From: the human T2T-CHM13v2.0 reference genome, Homo sapiens
NCBI RefSeq assembly: GCF_009914755.1
Contig: NC_060942.1
DNA length: 64,000 nt
Direction: 5' to 3' (one strand)
The translations under genes and the position numbers were made by a program. Position 1 is the stretch's first letter, and the number at the start of each line of letters is the position of its first letter. Below are positions 12,132-26,889 of this stretch, one piece after another. The notes beneath the pieces are model-generated. The model was not told the DNA's origin, did not search any database, and worked only from the letters and a program-made list of their open reading frames with translations.

Positions 12132-12295
12132 TTTCTCCCAAAGTGTGATCTACAATCCGGTAACACTGGCCTCTCTTGGGATGCTGTTCAAAACACAGAA
12201 TTCAGCCTCTGTTTCATCACTACTGAGTCAGTATTTGCATTGCAATGAGCTTCTTGGGTGATTGTTATTTACATTAAAGTTTGAAAAGACCCGCT
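12132..12295. mobile_element. MER5-like hAT MITE
   Basis: ttctcccaaagtgtg start; ctactgagtcag; gggtgattgttatttacattaaagtttgaaaagacc end. Confidence 0.6.
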
Positions 12296-12435
12296 TTATC
12301 CTGTACATCAGCCTAACCTTCCAGGAACCATGAGCCACAGCCCACGCTATCATAGAAACGCAATCTACACTGCTTCTTTTCCCTAGAAGAGCTACAGCAA
12401 TTATGCAAACTCAACATTTGTGTGTCTGAAAAAGT

Positions 12436-13100
12436 TGTAAATCAACAAAAATGACTGAGGCAAGTCTCAATCATTTTTAGAACTTTATTTTGGCAGAGTA
12501 ACGAACACACCTGGGAAAAAGGGACACATACACACAGGAAACATTTGTGGTCCATGTTTTTTCCAAAGAGGACCTGGGGACCTCAATATTTAAAGGGAAA
12601 AGAATGAACAGTAAGGGAAAGAGGAAAAGGAAAAAAGGAAGAGTAGATAAAAGAGGCAAGTGATTGCCTTCTTTTGAGTCTTTAGATTAGCTTCACTGAA
12701 TCCGCATTTTTCACGTGACATGAGACGACAGGCGTAATCAATTACACATTCGAGTGGCACTCAGTGAATCTGCATTTTTACATAAGATAAAATAATCATA
12801 GAGTATAAGAAGCAGTCAGATATGCAAGTGTCTCAGGTGGACAGAGCGATGACTTTTAGTTATGTCCTTTGTCCCATACCTGTGAAGATAAGCTGTTAAT
12901 GTACATTGTCATGGTGAAATTCAACAGAGGCACTTTAGTGTAAAGATCTGGGAGCCCACAAGGCATTTCCTTGGAAGCAAAATGTAAGGGAGGTATTTAC
13001 AAAAGCAAATTTATGGAAAAAATGAGAGGCAGGTTTGTGTCACCTGTTTTCCAGCTTGACTTTTCCCTTTTGCTTAGTGAATTTTGGGGTTCCTTTCACC
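12436..13100 (-). mobile_element. MER4-group (MER4B/D-like) ERV1 solo LTR
   Basis: aaaatgactgaggcaagtctcaatc, ctcagtgaatctgcatttttacataaga, cctgtgaagataagct, ccagcttgacttttccctt...cctttcac. Confidence 0.8.
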
Positions 13101-13635
13101 GAGTAGATGGTAAACGGATTTAGTTCTATTATGTGAATAGCAACAATACTTCTGGGAGGCCCATGAGAATTTTCCCTATTCTCTTGAGAAAGACATTCAA
13201 TCTGAGATGTGAAAATGGGCTGGCTTCTTCATCCTAACACACCCCACCTTTCCTTATGTTAAAAGTACAGCTGAAATAATTATTAAAACATTGCCAGAGC
13301 CCTTATGTTCCAAGAGTGAAGATGGGGAAATGATAAGGAGATAATATAATAAACTTAATAGAAAGGAGATTGGCCTTAATTAACAATTTGTGGAATTATC
13401 CCAAGTGGTTGGCTGGTGTATATTTTCCACTTTCTAACTAGCATAGCTCTTTATGTTTTTTAATGCATATTTTTTAATTTTCTAAACTAATTTTATTTCA
13501 ATTAGTGCGTTTGTATGTTCATGTATGTGTTTGTGTGTATATAAAGTTTGTGTGGTGTGCATTATATAAGTGACATTTTTATTACCTATTTAAATCCCTC
13601 TGGTCTTACTAAAAAAGTAAAAAGCTTAGGCGAGA

Positions 13636-14052
13636 TTAGTTCTTAATCCTGGCTGCATATTACAAATATATTTTAATTTTTTAAAATATGGTAATGTGTG
13701 TGCCACAAGCAAAGCCAATCAAATTTGAATGTCTGTGGGTGGGAAACTGGATACGAGTCTTATTTGTTTTTAACTTTTATTTTAGATTTAGGGGTACATG
13801 CGAAGCTTTGTCGCATAGATAAACACATGTCACAGGGGTTTGTTGTACGTATTATTTTATCACCCAGGTATTCAGCCCAGAACCCAATAGTTAATCTTTT
13901 CTGCTTCTCTCACTCCTACCATCCTTGCCCCCAAGTAGACCTCAGTGTCTTGTATCCTTCTTTGTCTTCATTAAGTTCTTATCATTTAGCTTCCACGTAT
14001 AAGTGAGAATTTCCTGGGTGATCCTAAGGTACAGCCAGATCGAGAACCAGTG
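13636..14052. mobile_element. MER5A, split by an L1 fragment
   Basis: gttcttaatcctggctgcatatta...aatcaaatttgaatgtctgtgggtggg before the L1; cctgggtgatcctaaggtacagccag..gagaaccagtg after it. Confidence 0.6.
13768..14009 (-). mobile_element. Old L1PA 3'UTR fragment
   Basis: ttttattttagatttaggggtacatg...ttttatcacccaggtatt...cccaatagtta...catttagcttccacgtataagtgagaa. Confidence 0.85.
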
Positions 14053-14467
14053 GGTCTGATTTATGCAAGTTTTCCAGCTTTGTTTGTTTCTTCAGGGTTT
14101 TTTTGATATTTGCTATGATAATGCCTTAATTAGAAAGAGGCATTTCTTTGGTTAAAACCAGGCAAAATTTCATCTTGTTTACTTTACCATACTCACACTT
14201 TACCCCCTACAGCACTTAATCCCCAAGGTTCTACAGAGCTTGTTCAGAAATCCCACTAGACTACCATGGATATTTTCTAAATTTAAAACTTCTATGATTT
14301 TAATTTGCATTAAAATGAAATAAATGATTAGAGAACATGTGAAAGACATATAATATTCTAATCTTAAATTTAAAATGAATTAAGGCAAACTATATCTCTT
14401 ATACTTATTTCAATTTATTTGACACAAAGATTTTTCCGAATAATTTAAAGATCACAAGGATTGGCTA

Positions 14468-14745
<278 letters not shown>

Positions 14746-14750
14746 AAAGA

Positions 14751-15462
14751 TGGATATTATAGCTCTGTTGAATGCATAGTTTACAAATATTTTATTCTAT
14801 TCTGTTGGCTGTTTAGTTTGCTGACAGTTTATTTTGCCATGCAAACAATCTTTAGTTTAATTAGGTCTCACTTGTCAATTTTTGTTTTTGTTGCAATTGC
14901 TTTTTGTGTTTTCATCATGAAGTCTTTGCCCAAGCTGATGTCCTTAATAGTATGTCCTAGATTTTCTTGTAGAGATTTTAGTTTCAGGTTTTACATTTAA
15001 GTCTTTAACACATCTTGAGTTGATTTTTGTATATAGTGAAAGGTAGGGGTCCAGTTTCAACCTGCTGCATATGGCTAGCCAGTTATCCCAGCATCATTGA
15101 TTGAACAGAGAGTCCTTTCCTTATTGCTTGTTTTTCTCAGCTTTGTTAAAGATCAGGTATGGTCGTAGGTGTGTAGCTTTATTTCTGAGTTCTCGGGCCT
15201 GTTCCATTGGTCTATGTATCTGTTTTTATACCAGTACCACGCTGTTTTGGTTACTGTAGCCTTGTAGTATAGTTTGAAGTCAGATAATGTGATGCCTCCA
15301 GTTTTGTTCACTTTGTTTAGGATTGTTTTGGCTACTCAGGCTCTTTTTTGGTTCTAAATGAATTTTAGAATTTTTGTTTTTCTAATTCTGTAAAGAATGT
15401 TATTGGTAGTTTGATAAGAATAGCCTTAAATCTGTAAATTGCTTTCGGCAGTATGGCCATTT
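14751..15462 (-). mobile_element. Inverted ORF2 segment of an L1PA15-like element
   Basis: Antisense ORF2: tttagtttaattaggtctcacttgtcaatttttg, ttttggttactgtagccttgtagtatagtttgaagtc, gcagtatggccattt. Confidence 0.9.
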
Positions 15463-16370
15463 CAGGTCTAATATCAAGAAATCCAAACAAATCAACAAGG
15501 AAGAAATAGACCCATTAAAAAAAAGGGCAAAAGACTTAAATAGACACTTCTCAAAAGGAGACATACACACACCTAATAAGCGTGTGAGAAAACATGCAAT
15601 ACCACGAATCATTAAGGAAATACAAATCAAGACCACAATGAGATACCATCTCACACCAGTCAGAATGACTAGTATGAAAAATTGAAAAAAATAACAGATG
15701 CTAGCGAGGTTGCAGAGAAAAGGGAATGCTTATACACTGCTGGTGGGAATGTAAATTAGTTCAACAACTGTGGAAAGCAATCTGGAGATTTCTCAAAAGA
15801 TTTAAAATCGAGCTACCAGTAGACCCAGCAATCCCATTACTAAGTATGTACTCAAAAGAATATAAATTGTTTACCACAAAGACTCTTGCATTCATATGTT
15901 CATTTCAGCACTATTCATAGTAGCAAAGACGTGAAATCAACCTAGAGGCCCATCAGTGGTGGACTGGATAATGAAAATGTGGTACATCCACAGCATGAAA
16001 GACTACACAGATATAAGTGAGATCATGGCCTTTGCAGCAACATGGAAGGAGCTGGAGGCCACAATTCTAAGCAAATTAATTCAGGAACATAAAACCAAAT
16101 ACCACATATTCTCAATAGTGAAAGCTAATTATTGAGTACATATGAACACAAAGATCGGAATAACAAACACTGGGCCTCTTTGTGGGTGAAGGGTGGGAGG
16201 AGGATGAGGACTGAAAAACTGCCTATTGGGTATTATGCTGATTACTTAGGTGACAAAATTATCGGTACACCAAACCCCCACTACATGCAGTTTACCCATG
16301 TAATAAACCTGCACATGTACCCCTTGAACCTAAAACAAAATTTGGAAAGAAAAAAAAATAAAAATAAAAA
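15463..16370 (+). mobile_element. Sense 3' segment of the same L1PA15-like element with A tail
   Basis: ORF2 C-terminal motif HCWWECKLVQ (ORF 15726..15920); 3'UTR acaccaaaccccc...aaacctgcacatgtacccc; A-rich tail. Confidence 0.92.
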
Positions 16371-17979
16371 TTGATTTCTGGCTTGAAAAATAAATATGAG
16401 TATAAGGAAATATGGGAATAAGGGTAATGCACATGGGGTCTGAATTTCCTGGTTTGATTGACTTCCCTGCCCCATTTCATGATCTATTCCTGTAATTCTG
16501 TTTTATTTGTATTGCACACGTTGTCATGGATGTTAACTTCTTAGGGAATAAAATAATTTTCTGGACTTATTATTTGCATGGTGCTTAGTGTTTAAACAAA
16601 CTAAAGCTAAAATTATTTTCCTCTTTGGTAATAAATTATTTCATCAAGACTATAAATGTGCAATAGCATCTTTCTGAATTCAGCTTCCTATTGAAACTTG
16701 GCATAGGTAGAATACCAAATAATATCATAGCTCTATATCAAATAGTAAACCTAGATAACTTTCTGCTCCCCGCATAATTAACTGTTACAAATTTAAAAGG
16801 TTGCAGATTCATTTAAATATATTCACAAACAAAAGAATGCACACATTCAGTTAATTTACATAATATGATGTGTCCATCTCCTATTCCCTAGAAGTGATAG
16901 ACAGCTGTGAGTGATAATAATCCACAGATACATTTATAACTGTTGATACTAACAAGAGCCTGGTGAAATAACCTTCGATGTTAAGACTGAATAAAAAGGC
17001 TTTTTTATTCTAGCGAAGTTCTTTGTTCTAATAAAAGTTATTTGTTCTAATATTACATCTTTAAAGTATTAGTATCAAAAAATAACCGTGAAATGGGGTA
17101 AAGTTATCAAATATTACACATTTCCCTTTATCTCACTTATGCATGCTTTAAATTTCTTCTTCCAATTAGTTGTACACATCTTTTACTTCACCACTTAGAA
17201 ATTTCCCAACAATTAAAAAAATAAAAACAAACGTGTGACTTTTTAATTGAGGTAATGTTGCTGAAATTTGGAGGTCACTTAAAAATATTTCAATTGGAAA
17301 ACTCAACTTATAAAAATTTTGTTACAATTTGAATGCAATTTTTCATACAACTTCTTATTTTTCCAAAAAACAATTTAGCATTTTGATAATAAACATTTAT
17401 TTTATACATAATTGCAAAACCTAATCATTATTTATTAGAGGAATTACAAGGTATCTAACTGCTCTCAGAATTGGTAAAATATCACACTGTATATGCTCAG
17501 TGTATTTCTGCTAAAATATCTCCTTCACATTGTCTTTCTGAATCTTCATATTTTCCCCATTCCATCCTTCTGTGTTATGTGTCTCTTCTATATAATCTCG
17601 TTAAAGTCCATCAAGCCTACACTCAATAGCTGTGTGTTAATTTTTGGCTTAATTCTGTTGTTCCTCACAAAACTAACATCTCTTTGAAGTTAATGTCCAT
17701 GCCTTTTTCATTCTTTATTTGCTGTGTACAGAAGTGTGCCTGCTACCTAAAAAAGTATTTGCTGTATTAATGAATTAATAAAACATTCTAATTATTTTAA
17801 AATATACATTCAGTTATGATATCTGATTTTATACTTACCATATTATTATTAAGTACTGAAATATAAACCACAGTGTATTTTTTAATGGAAAGGAACTATG
17901 TAAAAGTTTACTTGACAAACCACAGATTCCCATAAGGATTAATATCCATGATAGTCTCAGTAACAAAAAGTAAAAAAAA

Positions 17980-18680
17980 AAAAATTATTATAAAATGAGC
18001 AAAGAAATTAGTAATCAAGCCACAAAAAAAGTAGTTCAGACAAAAATGAAAATGCTCAAGAAAAATGGAAATTAAAATGTAATTTAGAGATTTTAATCTC
18101 CCTGCAAAAATAACAAAATTGTCAATATTATGACAGCCTAAGTTGGGTAGAAAATGTATGGGAACTCTTCTTACTCTTTTGGTGGCTATAAGATTTGATT
18201 ATAATCACTGTAAAGGGCAACTTGCTGTTTTCTATCAAATTTTAAAATACACATATGCTTCAATTAATAACTACAATTCAGAGCAACTCTCTGACCAAAT
18301 GTAAGTGTATCTGTAAGAATAAATATTAGTATAAATATATATAGTAAAACATTGTTTAAAATGAGTTAATTAAATTGTTGTCAACATCATGTCCATTGAT
18401 AGGTGATACTTAACATCAATCACAATATATTTCTTGTGGAACATATGGAAAACTACATGTTTAAATAAAATATTAGAAATAAAATAGAAAGTTCTTCATG
18501 ACACATTTTAACTAAAGATTTCAAATCACATATATTACATGTACTATAACTCAATTTATGTAAAAAAAATACATTCCCAATTTACTTGTGTGTGTGCGTG
18601 TATATGTCTATGAAGATGTGTTGAAAATGTTGGTAGAACAGATTGCAAACTATTAAGTGTAATTATTTCTAACAGCGAGG
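17980..18680 (+). mobile_element. Ancient L1ME-type fragment
   Basis: Degenerate ORF2 end: gggaactcttcttactcttttggtggc...aagggcaacttgct...atcaaattttaaaatacacata; tgtccattgatagg. Confidence 0.55.
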
Positions 18681-21600
18681 TCAAATTGAGGTATTAAATA
18701 TCATTTTGTTTTTTAAAAAAACAATTCCTTGAAAGTCTAAAAAGTAAGTGAAAACAATGAAAATTCCCAAATTATTACTAAGAAAGCGATCATGTCTTTC
18801 AATTTGCAGCAAAAAACATTAAAAGCTTTTACCCTATAACTAGACAGAATATATCATATTTTATAAAGCCGTTGTGGTTTCACAATTCCACATGACAGCC
18901 CTGAAATAAGATAGGAAAACGCAATTAAAGCAACCATAAATATCCCTGCTATATTTCATCCCTAGTCTTTACTTTGCCATTTGACATATGTAAAGGCATG
19001 CATGAGTAGCCACGGTTATTTCTAAACAGGGTGTTTATTGCTGACACAGTTTAAGTCAAAATGCCTTATATTTCCTACAGCAATATATTCTGGCATCATT
19101 AAGTCAAATGTGTTTTATTCCATTGTAAAACACTAAGAAATATTACATATTACCTTTACATGTACAAATTTTATTTCTTATAATTTCCTTAGTGATAGTG
19201 TTTTCCTTTATTTATGTAATTCATTTAAATATCTTAAATGCAAAACCTCAGGGAGCTAGAAAAATAAGGTACCAGTAAAGAATATATGACATTCTGCAGC
19301 AATATTATTTAAATATAATACCTGAGACAAATAGTAGCAAAATTGTATCTCAGTGTGACTCGTCTGTATGTGACGTCCTGAGGCGATACATCTCACTCCT
19401 CACATATAAAAATATGTTAAAATGCCTAGATCATTGCTGTCATAAGACTGTAGCTTAATCTAAAATAATTCAGTTCTGATTCTCATTTAACTCATGAAAA
19501 TCTCAGCCAGTGAGTAGATAATAAGATTTTCTTAAATCCTTGTGTCAATATCAGACAATAACATCTCTCACAGGTTATATGAAGGTGAAAGACGTTCTGG
19601 GAGATAAAAAGATGAAGATATGATAAGGGTCCAAGAGCTTGCAATCTAGACGGAAATGGAAATAATATACAAATAAATTTGTAAAATGTAAATGCAGCAA
19701 TGAAGCAAAAGGATCATTCAGTTTAATTTAGGAAAAGTCAAGGACACTAAATAGTACAGTTTGAGTAAAGGATACGTTTAGACCAGAAGCACAGTTTGAT
19801 GCAAAGTCAAAGTAATATTTGGATACAAGTTTAAAATTTAGACTTTATTTGAACGTCAATAAAGATATAAGTGTATCTGAGTTCAGAAAATTTTCTGTTA
19901 GAATGCAGGCAATGGAATGCAAAGAAAATGACAGATGAAATATGTTTTTTTGAATGAGAATTGGCAAAAGTTGAAAACCACATTCACGTTTACTGAATTT
20001 TCTCATTGATAATCTCTTTGCTCTTTATCGTAGAAACTCTGAGGAAAGAGGGGACAAAAAAAGAAGTGATACAATAGAAAAAATATATATATAAACAAAA
20101 GATGACTAAGCAGAAGAGGTCCAGTTTCTTTATGCTGGGGTTTTTGGAATAGTTTTTGGTTCTTTTCTAATGATGGAGTTCTCAAATAATAAAGCAATCT
20201 ATCAAGATACAGGATTTTCGTATGTCATCATGCTACTCAGATAAAGACAAATGGAATGTAAAATAGAACATTTGATTGTTTTTACTTTGATCCAAGTTAC
20301 AAAAGAGCTGATAAACTAGTAGCTAAAATCAATGGAAATGAAAAGCAGTTTTATTTTGGAAGGGATAACAGAAAGGTTATTTCTAGCTGGGCAGCAGCAG
20401 CCTGCATGTCAACATTGCTGAACAGATGTAGAGAATTTGTGAGTAGAGATGCTATGGAAGAGTTGGTAGTTTGATTGTTTTATTTAAAATTTTTCAAAGA
20501 ATTATGAGTGTCACAAGGCTGTGAGATATTTCTGACAAAGTATAAAATATTTCACTATGCTTGAGAATGATGTAATGTGCACTAATCAAATGCTGAATAT
20601 ATATAAAAAAGATGGAACAGAAAAGATAGTATATTCAAGTTCAAGCAGAGTGTAGCTGCTCAACGTCCTTATCTTGTTATTATTTCCATTTTAATTGAAT
20701 TGCTTGATTATGCTTCATATTGAATTGCATAGCAGAAATGAGGCGATTTTTGCGTGAATGTGGGGAAGCAAATATACTCACTAATGTTACCTGATCATGA
20801 GACATATATAATAATTTGACCCTTTTTATCATTTTGGTCACATGTTTTTATTTCTTTTTATTTCCCAAGAATCAGAGCCTTGAACAGAAGTATTCACATA
20901 TGTAACATGTTTTCTACCTTTATATAGTAGAAATACTGTATGCTTCAGCAGCATACAGAAAACCGTTACCTACAGAACACCTGTCTAAGTAATAAAGGAA
21001 AGTCGGATTAAAAAAAATGTGTATTAAGAAAATTGCATAGCCTGAGTCTTAAAACCACCTAATAAACACCGGCTATACTGAAACGTTTGAGGCATGGTTG
21101 TTATTCTCAATGAAAGCTTTTTAGAATTTATAAAGATCTGTGCAACCTCAAGTTACTCATGAGGCAAAGAAGCATCATAACACCAACATTACATGGTTGA
21201 TTGAGAATAAAATGAAGTACTATATGTATGTGGTGTACATTCATTTCTTTCTTCTAATACTTAAATACATATTGCAATAAAATTCATTTTTTTTAAATTA
21301 ATGTATCTGACTAACATTCGCTTTGCCCCACCTATGGGTCTATTATGGTATCTATTGAAACGGATATATTTTTTAAAATCCTTGTGTTCATTAAAATGTT
21401 TGGGGTATTTTTCTTGTTTGTTTTCATTCATTCTATATTTCAAATATGTTGCAAGGTAGGCATTCACAACACAATGGAAAAAGAGAAAGATTTGGCAAAG
21501 AAAGTACCAGCTCAGAAATATTAACTACCTCAACTCCACGGAGGTAGAAATGGTGAAAAAAAAGAAAAAGAAAAAAAAAGAACAGCCTACAAGGAACAAC

Positions 21601-21704
21601 CACCACCTCACTAGAGATCTGTCATTTAATGAATGAAATCAAAACACAACAGAACACTACCTCCTCTGGTTAGGAGCTAAATCAAGGGGGCTGGACATTT
21701 GTCA

Positions 21705-21830
21705 TGTTCCAGTCTTGGAAACTCTCTTTGACTCAGTTTCCTCATCTGTGAAATATGGATACTTTTAACTACTTCAAAGAACTGTTTTGTGGAGCTGATA
21801 TTTGTTGATATCATATACTGGCCTAAGAAA
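21705..21830 (+). mobile_element. MIR fragment
   Basis: Core ctcagtttcctcatctgtgaaat. Confidence 0.65.
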
Positions 21831-22457
21831 CAGACCCAGTAATGTGTGGGTTGTGACTGCCCTGGACTCTTCTTGACAGCAGAAGACACTGTTTTCTTGT
21901 TAATAAGCTGCAATTGCCTGCGGGACTAAAATCATGCCTAGCCCACAATAGGAATTCTATAAGCATTTGTTACATGAATGAAGAGATAAAGAGGAGTGAC
22001 TGGTAATCTTTTCTCCCTAGGAAGACGTTAAAACACCCAAGCAGAGTGAAGGAGATTTAAAGAAAAAATAGAACTTTCAATATATTCTTGTGGTTATCTC
22101 TAGATTCCACAGCCTTAGGAGAAAGAAAACAACAACAAAAAAGGCCATCACTTTTTCCATTTATCATTTGTCGGGTTCTCCAACTCAGGTTATCATGGTG
22201 AGAAGAGAAGCAGAGATGCATTCTGTTTATTAACAAAGACGTACTACTCACTGGCTCTTCTCTCCATTGCAAACAAAGTGTGACAAATGGAATGCACAGT
22301 AAAAATTTAAATATTTAGTATCAAGCTTGAAATCTAAATGAATAATTTATTCAAGAAGAACTAGACATCAAATTTATATAAGCAATGTGTTATTGTGTGG
22401 ACTAGAGATATATACAAATATAAACAGATATGTGCATATATTTTATATGTGTGCATA

Positions 22458-22562
22458 GAGAGATAAAGAGAGATAGAGAAAGAGAGGAAGAAAGGAAGAG
22501 AGAGAAAGTAGAAGGATAAGAAGAAGGGGAAGAGGAGGAGAAAAAGGAAAGAAAGAAGAAAG
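22458..22562 (+). repeat. GA-rich low-complexity tract
   Basis: Almost exclusively A/G; produces spurious Phe/Leu/Ser ORFs on the minus strand. Confidence 0.8.
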
Positions 22563-23444
22563 ACACAGTCCCATGTCTTCAAGAAATGCATTGACCATCA
22601 GGGAAAACAGACATGAATAGGCAAGCACAATAAAATATGATTAAAAGCAGAGTTTGCCTAGGGCCTGAGGAAAGGGGAAATTAACACTGCCGTGAGCATT
22701 TTATTTGTTAACCCACTTTTAAAGTTTATTTCCTGGTGAGTGATATTAAAAACACCATGCATCCTGGGTACAATTAAATCCAATTTAAAATGTATTAAGT
22801 GATACTTTCTGAAAAGTCCTTACAAATAGCTCGGCTCTAGGGGATGTAATGATCTTTAAGAAACAGCATTTACTCTGGAATTCTTGGCGTATCATTAGCA
22901 CAGACATCTTACACACCTATAAGTATAGCACTAGGTATTAAAGAATGTTACCAGCAGTAACCTTTTTTAGAAATTTAGAGTGGGGATATAATAATGTAAT
23001 CTGGAGGAATTCCAGGAGCTGCATGTTGATCTGGGTGGTAAAGTGTGACATATGAACAGTACTTCTGTGGCCAATATGTTAACGGACATGCAAGGGCTCA
23101 CCAGATAATCTGAGCTGCCCTCACCAGCGCCAGGGATGATGCCTAATACTGATATCCAGGGGGGATCATTGAGATGTGATTTTTGTGTAATGGTGAATGT
23201 TTTTCAAGCTGTTCCCAATTTGAAAACTGCTTCCTGGCCAAAAGAGAGAGTAGGATGTAATTACTTCCAACTATCATCATTTAACACTGATGATCAGAGA
23301 GAAAGAACAATAGAGCACAGAGCTGAGCACTGCATAAGTAGAAGTCAGCTTGTTTCTTGTACCCTGAAAAATAAATGAATAAATGAGAAAGGACACACAG
23401 AATGATGACAAATGTAATGTACATTTGCATGGATCTGTGCATAG

Positions 23445-23753
<309 letters not shown>

Positions 23754-25239
23754 TAAGGAACTATCTCTGAAAGTAATAATCCTGACCCTGAACCATGGCC
23801 ATGGTACTAAGAGTAAAAGCAAGGCTACCTTTGTGCTATCAGAATTCTCTTTCTTCCAAAAATCATGAAGACTAGACTTGGAATGGATTACAGAAGATTG
23901 AAATGGACTGAAATGAGAGAGCAATTACAAAATGTCGTAGTTTTCAGTATTTCAAAGGCAGTTGAAATAAGTCCAGAAGCCAGTCACATTTTTTATTGAA
24001 ACAAGACAGACAAGAGTTGAAAAGAGCCAGGCCAACAGAGCACAGCTAGTTGGCTGCCTTTGTAAAGAGATGCCACTGGGAGGCTCCAAGATTCTCACTC
24101 CAGTAGGTACCTTTGTAATGTTCTCACTGTGCCTTCTCCCTTTAATACATTAGTGTTTAGCAGATTCCAGTTTATGTTTTTTCAGACTTTAATTTGAACT
24201 TCTATGTTACTCTTAATTCAAATTCATTTAACTTTCAAATACTGTTTATGTAAACATACACTAATATTACTCAAAATAAAGGGGTAAGGGAATAACATTT
24301 AAAATATATCATACGTCAATTTCTGAATCATATAAATCCGGATGGTCATGTATCAATCTTAGGAGTATCATATAAGCACCTACTGGAGTATATCCTCAGG
24401 ATAATCACAAGGTTCTGTAGCAAGAGTGCAAAATTCAGACTCTTCCTTTCAAATAAAGATGAAATAAAGATCAAAGAAAATATTTGACTAACTGAAAATT
24501 AGATGATGATAGAAAATATGCTTTTTTAATGTTGATAATCATACTTTCCTTAAGTATAATATAGACTGTTCTTCCATAAAAGATTTTGATTATACAACAC
24601 ATTCAATTACAATGTAGTAGACATATGGAAATTTAACATTTTGTAGTCAAAATAAATCTCAACATGTTATCATAAAACATCAGCTCAATGCTCAGTGCTC
24701 AAGTAACCATTGCACTAAAAACAAATCTCATCTTCCCTAGAGACAATGCAGTTTTGTCAATATGTGACATTAACAAGACAATGTGGTTAATGAGCTAATA
24801 GCTTTGAAAACTGTTATACAAGTTTAACAATAACAGCAGAAACAAATATTTGCTTTACCATGTAATAAATTACACCCCAGACACTCAGTATTTGGAAGAT
24901 GAGAGTGAGCACTGGGAAGACATTACAAACTTCACAGAATCTGCAGCTTTACTGCCTGCTTCCCACTGCAGAATCCTCTGTTCACATGGTGAACTTGCAG
25001 GAACACCAGTCCTCATTTTACTCAGAGATCATAACAATGAAATCTCCTTCCTGAGGCCCATGCCAAACTCTATGGGCAAAGCCACAGCTCCCTCAGGAGA
25101 GTCCACAACCAATTCCCAGGTTTTATTAGGAAAAGAACAACTACACATTCTCAGCATTCTTTGCTTTTTTCCCTCTCAGAGTCAGTTAGAAGATGAAGAA
25201 TAAAACTGAAATGAAATCCCAATGAAGTGAAGTGATGAA

Positions 25240-25620
25240 ATCCAAGAGAATGTCTTTGTAGCCTAAGGTTAGGCAACAACTTTTCAAACAAATTTCCAGA
25301 AACATAACTATTAGTCTCACAATGAATAAATTAAATTACATCAAAATTTACATTTTTTCCTGCAAAACATCACATGGAATAAGAAAACAGATAACGAAAG
25401 GATATTTGCTCTATAAAATACAACATATAAAATCCTATAAAACACAATATGTAAAAATTCAAGGAGTTTACTATCTACATTTTGGAATATATAAGAACTT
25501 TTGCAAAAAGTAAACACATTATGACTATGGCATTTCTATCAGAGAAAACTTGAAAGGCCAAAAATAATGTGAGAACATGCTCAAACTAATAATAATATTG
25601 TACTGAAAGATAAAGTAATA
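25240..25620 (+). mobile_element. Ancient L1M ORF2 fragment
   Basis: agagaatgtctttgtagcctaaggttaggcaa...aataaattaaattacatcaaaattta...ggaatatataagaactt. Confidence 0.5.
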
Positions 25621-25959
25621 TTTACCCCCTTCTTTCCTTCCTGTCTTCTTGCCTGCCTTTCTTTCCCTCTTATTTCCTTTCTTTTTCTATTATTGACTTC
25701 CTTTCTGCCTTTCTAAAATATTCTGTTCAGAAAATATTCCTTGAAATTGAGCAAAGCAGACATCTACATAGTAGCATTGGTTGGGGGAGAAAGGAGAGCA
25801 ATGGCAGCTCTTTACTGGGTGCAGATCCTGGAAAAGGTAAGAAGGTCATTCATACAAGTTGGATGTAATGACCACAAGCAGAAATGTCGAGCCAGAAAAA
25901 GATAAGAAGCACATCTGTGTAGAGGGGCTGGAGGCATTGGCCCAGAATGAGGTGTCTGA

Positions 25960-26640
25960 GGTGGAAATCTATGTGACAGTGATAAAAAGGGAAATATGGT
26001 GAGGATAAGGGGACCAGTTCCTTCACTGTGGGAGAAGAAAGTTACAATATGGAAAAGAGGGAAACTAGAATAAACACTTGTGCTTTGATTTGGAATTGGA
26101 GATATTCTTGTGGACTTGTAACATTTAGATAGATAAGATGGCGAATAAAGATACATAAATAGGTGTAAATGTCACACTCTCCGGTTCTGTCCATTGAGAG
26201 GTCCTAAAGAAACAACACCCCAATACCTATGAGCATATCTACTACTCACGCGTTAAATTTAAATATCATTCTCCCCTTTAGGGGACCAGGGATCCCCAGA
26301 GAAATGGCTGATTCCAGAGCCGAAGCAGGGAAAGTTGAAGAGAAGCCTAGACCACCTGGTTTTTCAGGAAGACAGGTAGTGACAAATAATGATGGGGAAT
26401 GATATATAAAATATATAAATGATATATAATGTATAAAAGGAACACAAAAGCTAGCTTGAAAGGATTCGTACTGTCCAAAAAAGGGGAACTTTGATAGATA
26501 ATCAATATAGATAATGATAGTGAGAACTGACACCAACATAATTTACTCTACCTGTATTCAACAATATAAGGATTGCACATACTTTTCTGTTAAACTATAC
26601 TGAGATAATAAAATGCTATACATACATAAAATAAGTAAAA
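25960..26640 (+). mobile_element. L1MC/L1MD-type 3'UTR fragment
   Basis: ggaaactagaataaac, ctgtccattgagaggtcc, ggaccagggatccccagagaaatggctgattccag motifs. Confidence 0.55.
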
Positions 26641-26889
26641 AGGATATATAAAATATATAAATAATATATAATGTATAAAAGGAACACAAAAGCTAGCTTG
26701 AAAGGATTCCTACTGTCCAAAAAAGGGGAACTTCAATAGATAATCAATATAGATAATGATAGTGAGAACTGACACCAGCATAATTTACTCTACCTGTATT
26801 CAACAATATAAGGATTGCACATATTTTTCTGTTAAACTATACGAGATAATAAAATGCCTACATCTATACATACATAAAATAAGTAAAAA
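26401..26889 (+). repeat. Tandem duplication, 242-bp unit x2 (26401-26642, 26643-26889)
   Basis: Read directly; copies differ by about 6 substitutions, a 1-bp and a 6-bp indel. Confidence 0.97.

Noticed and set aside
24850-25203. 117-aa ORF outside obvious young repeats
   Set aside because: Non-ATG start, no recognisable domain, surrounded by decayed L1-like sequence; length compatible with chance.
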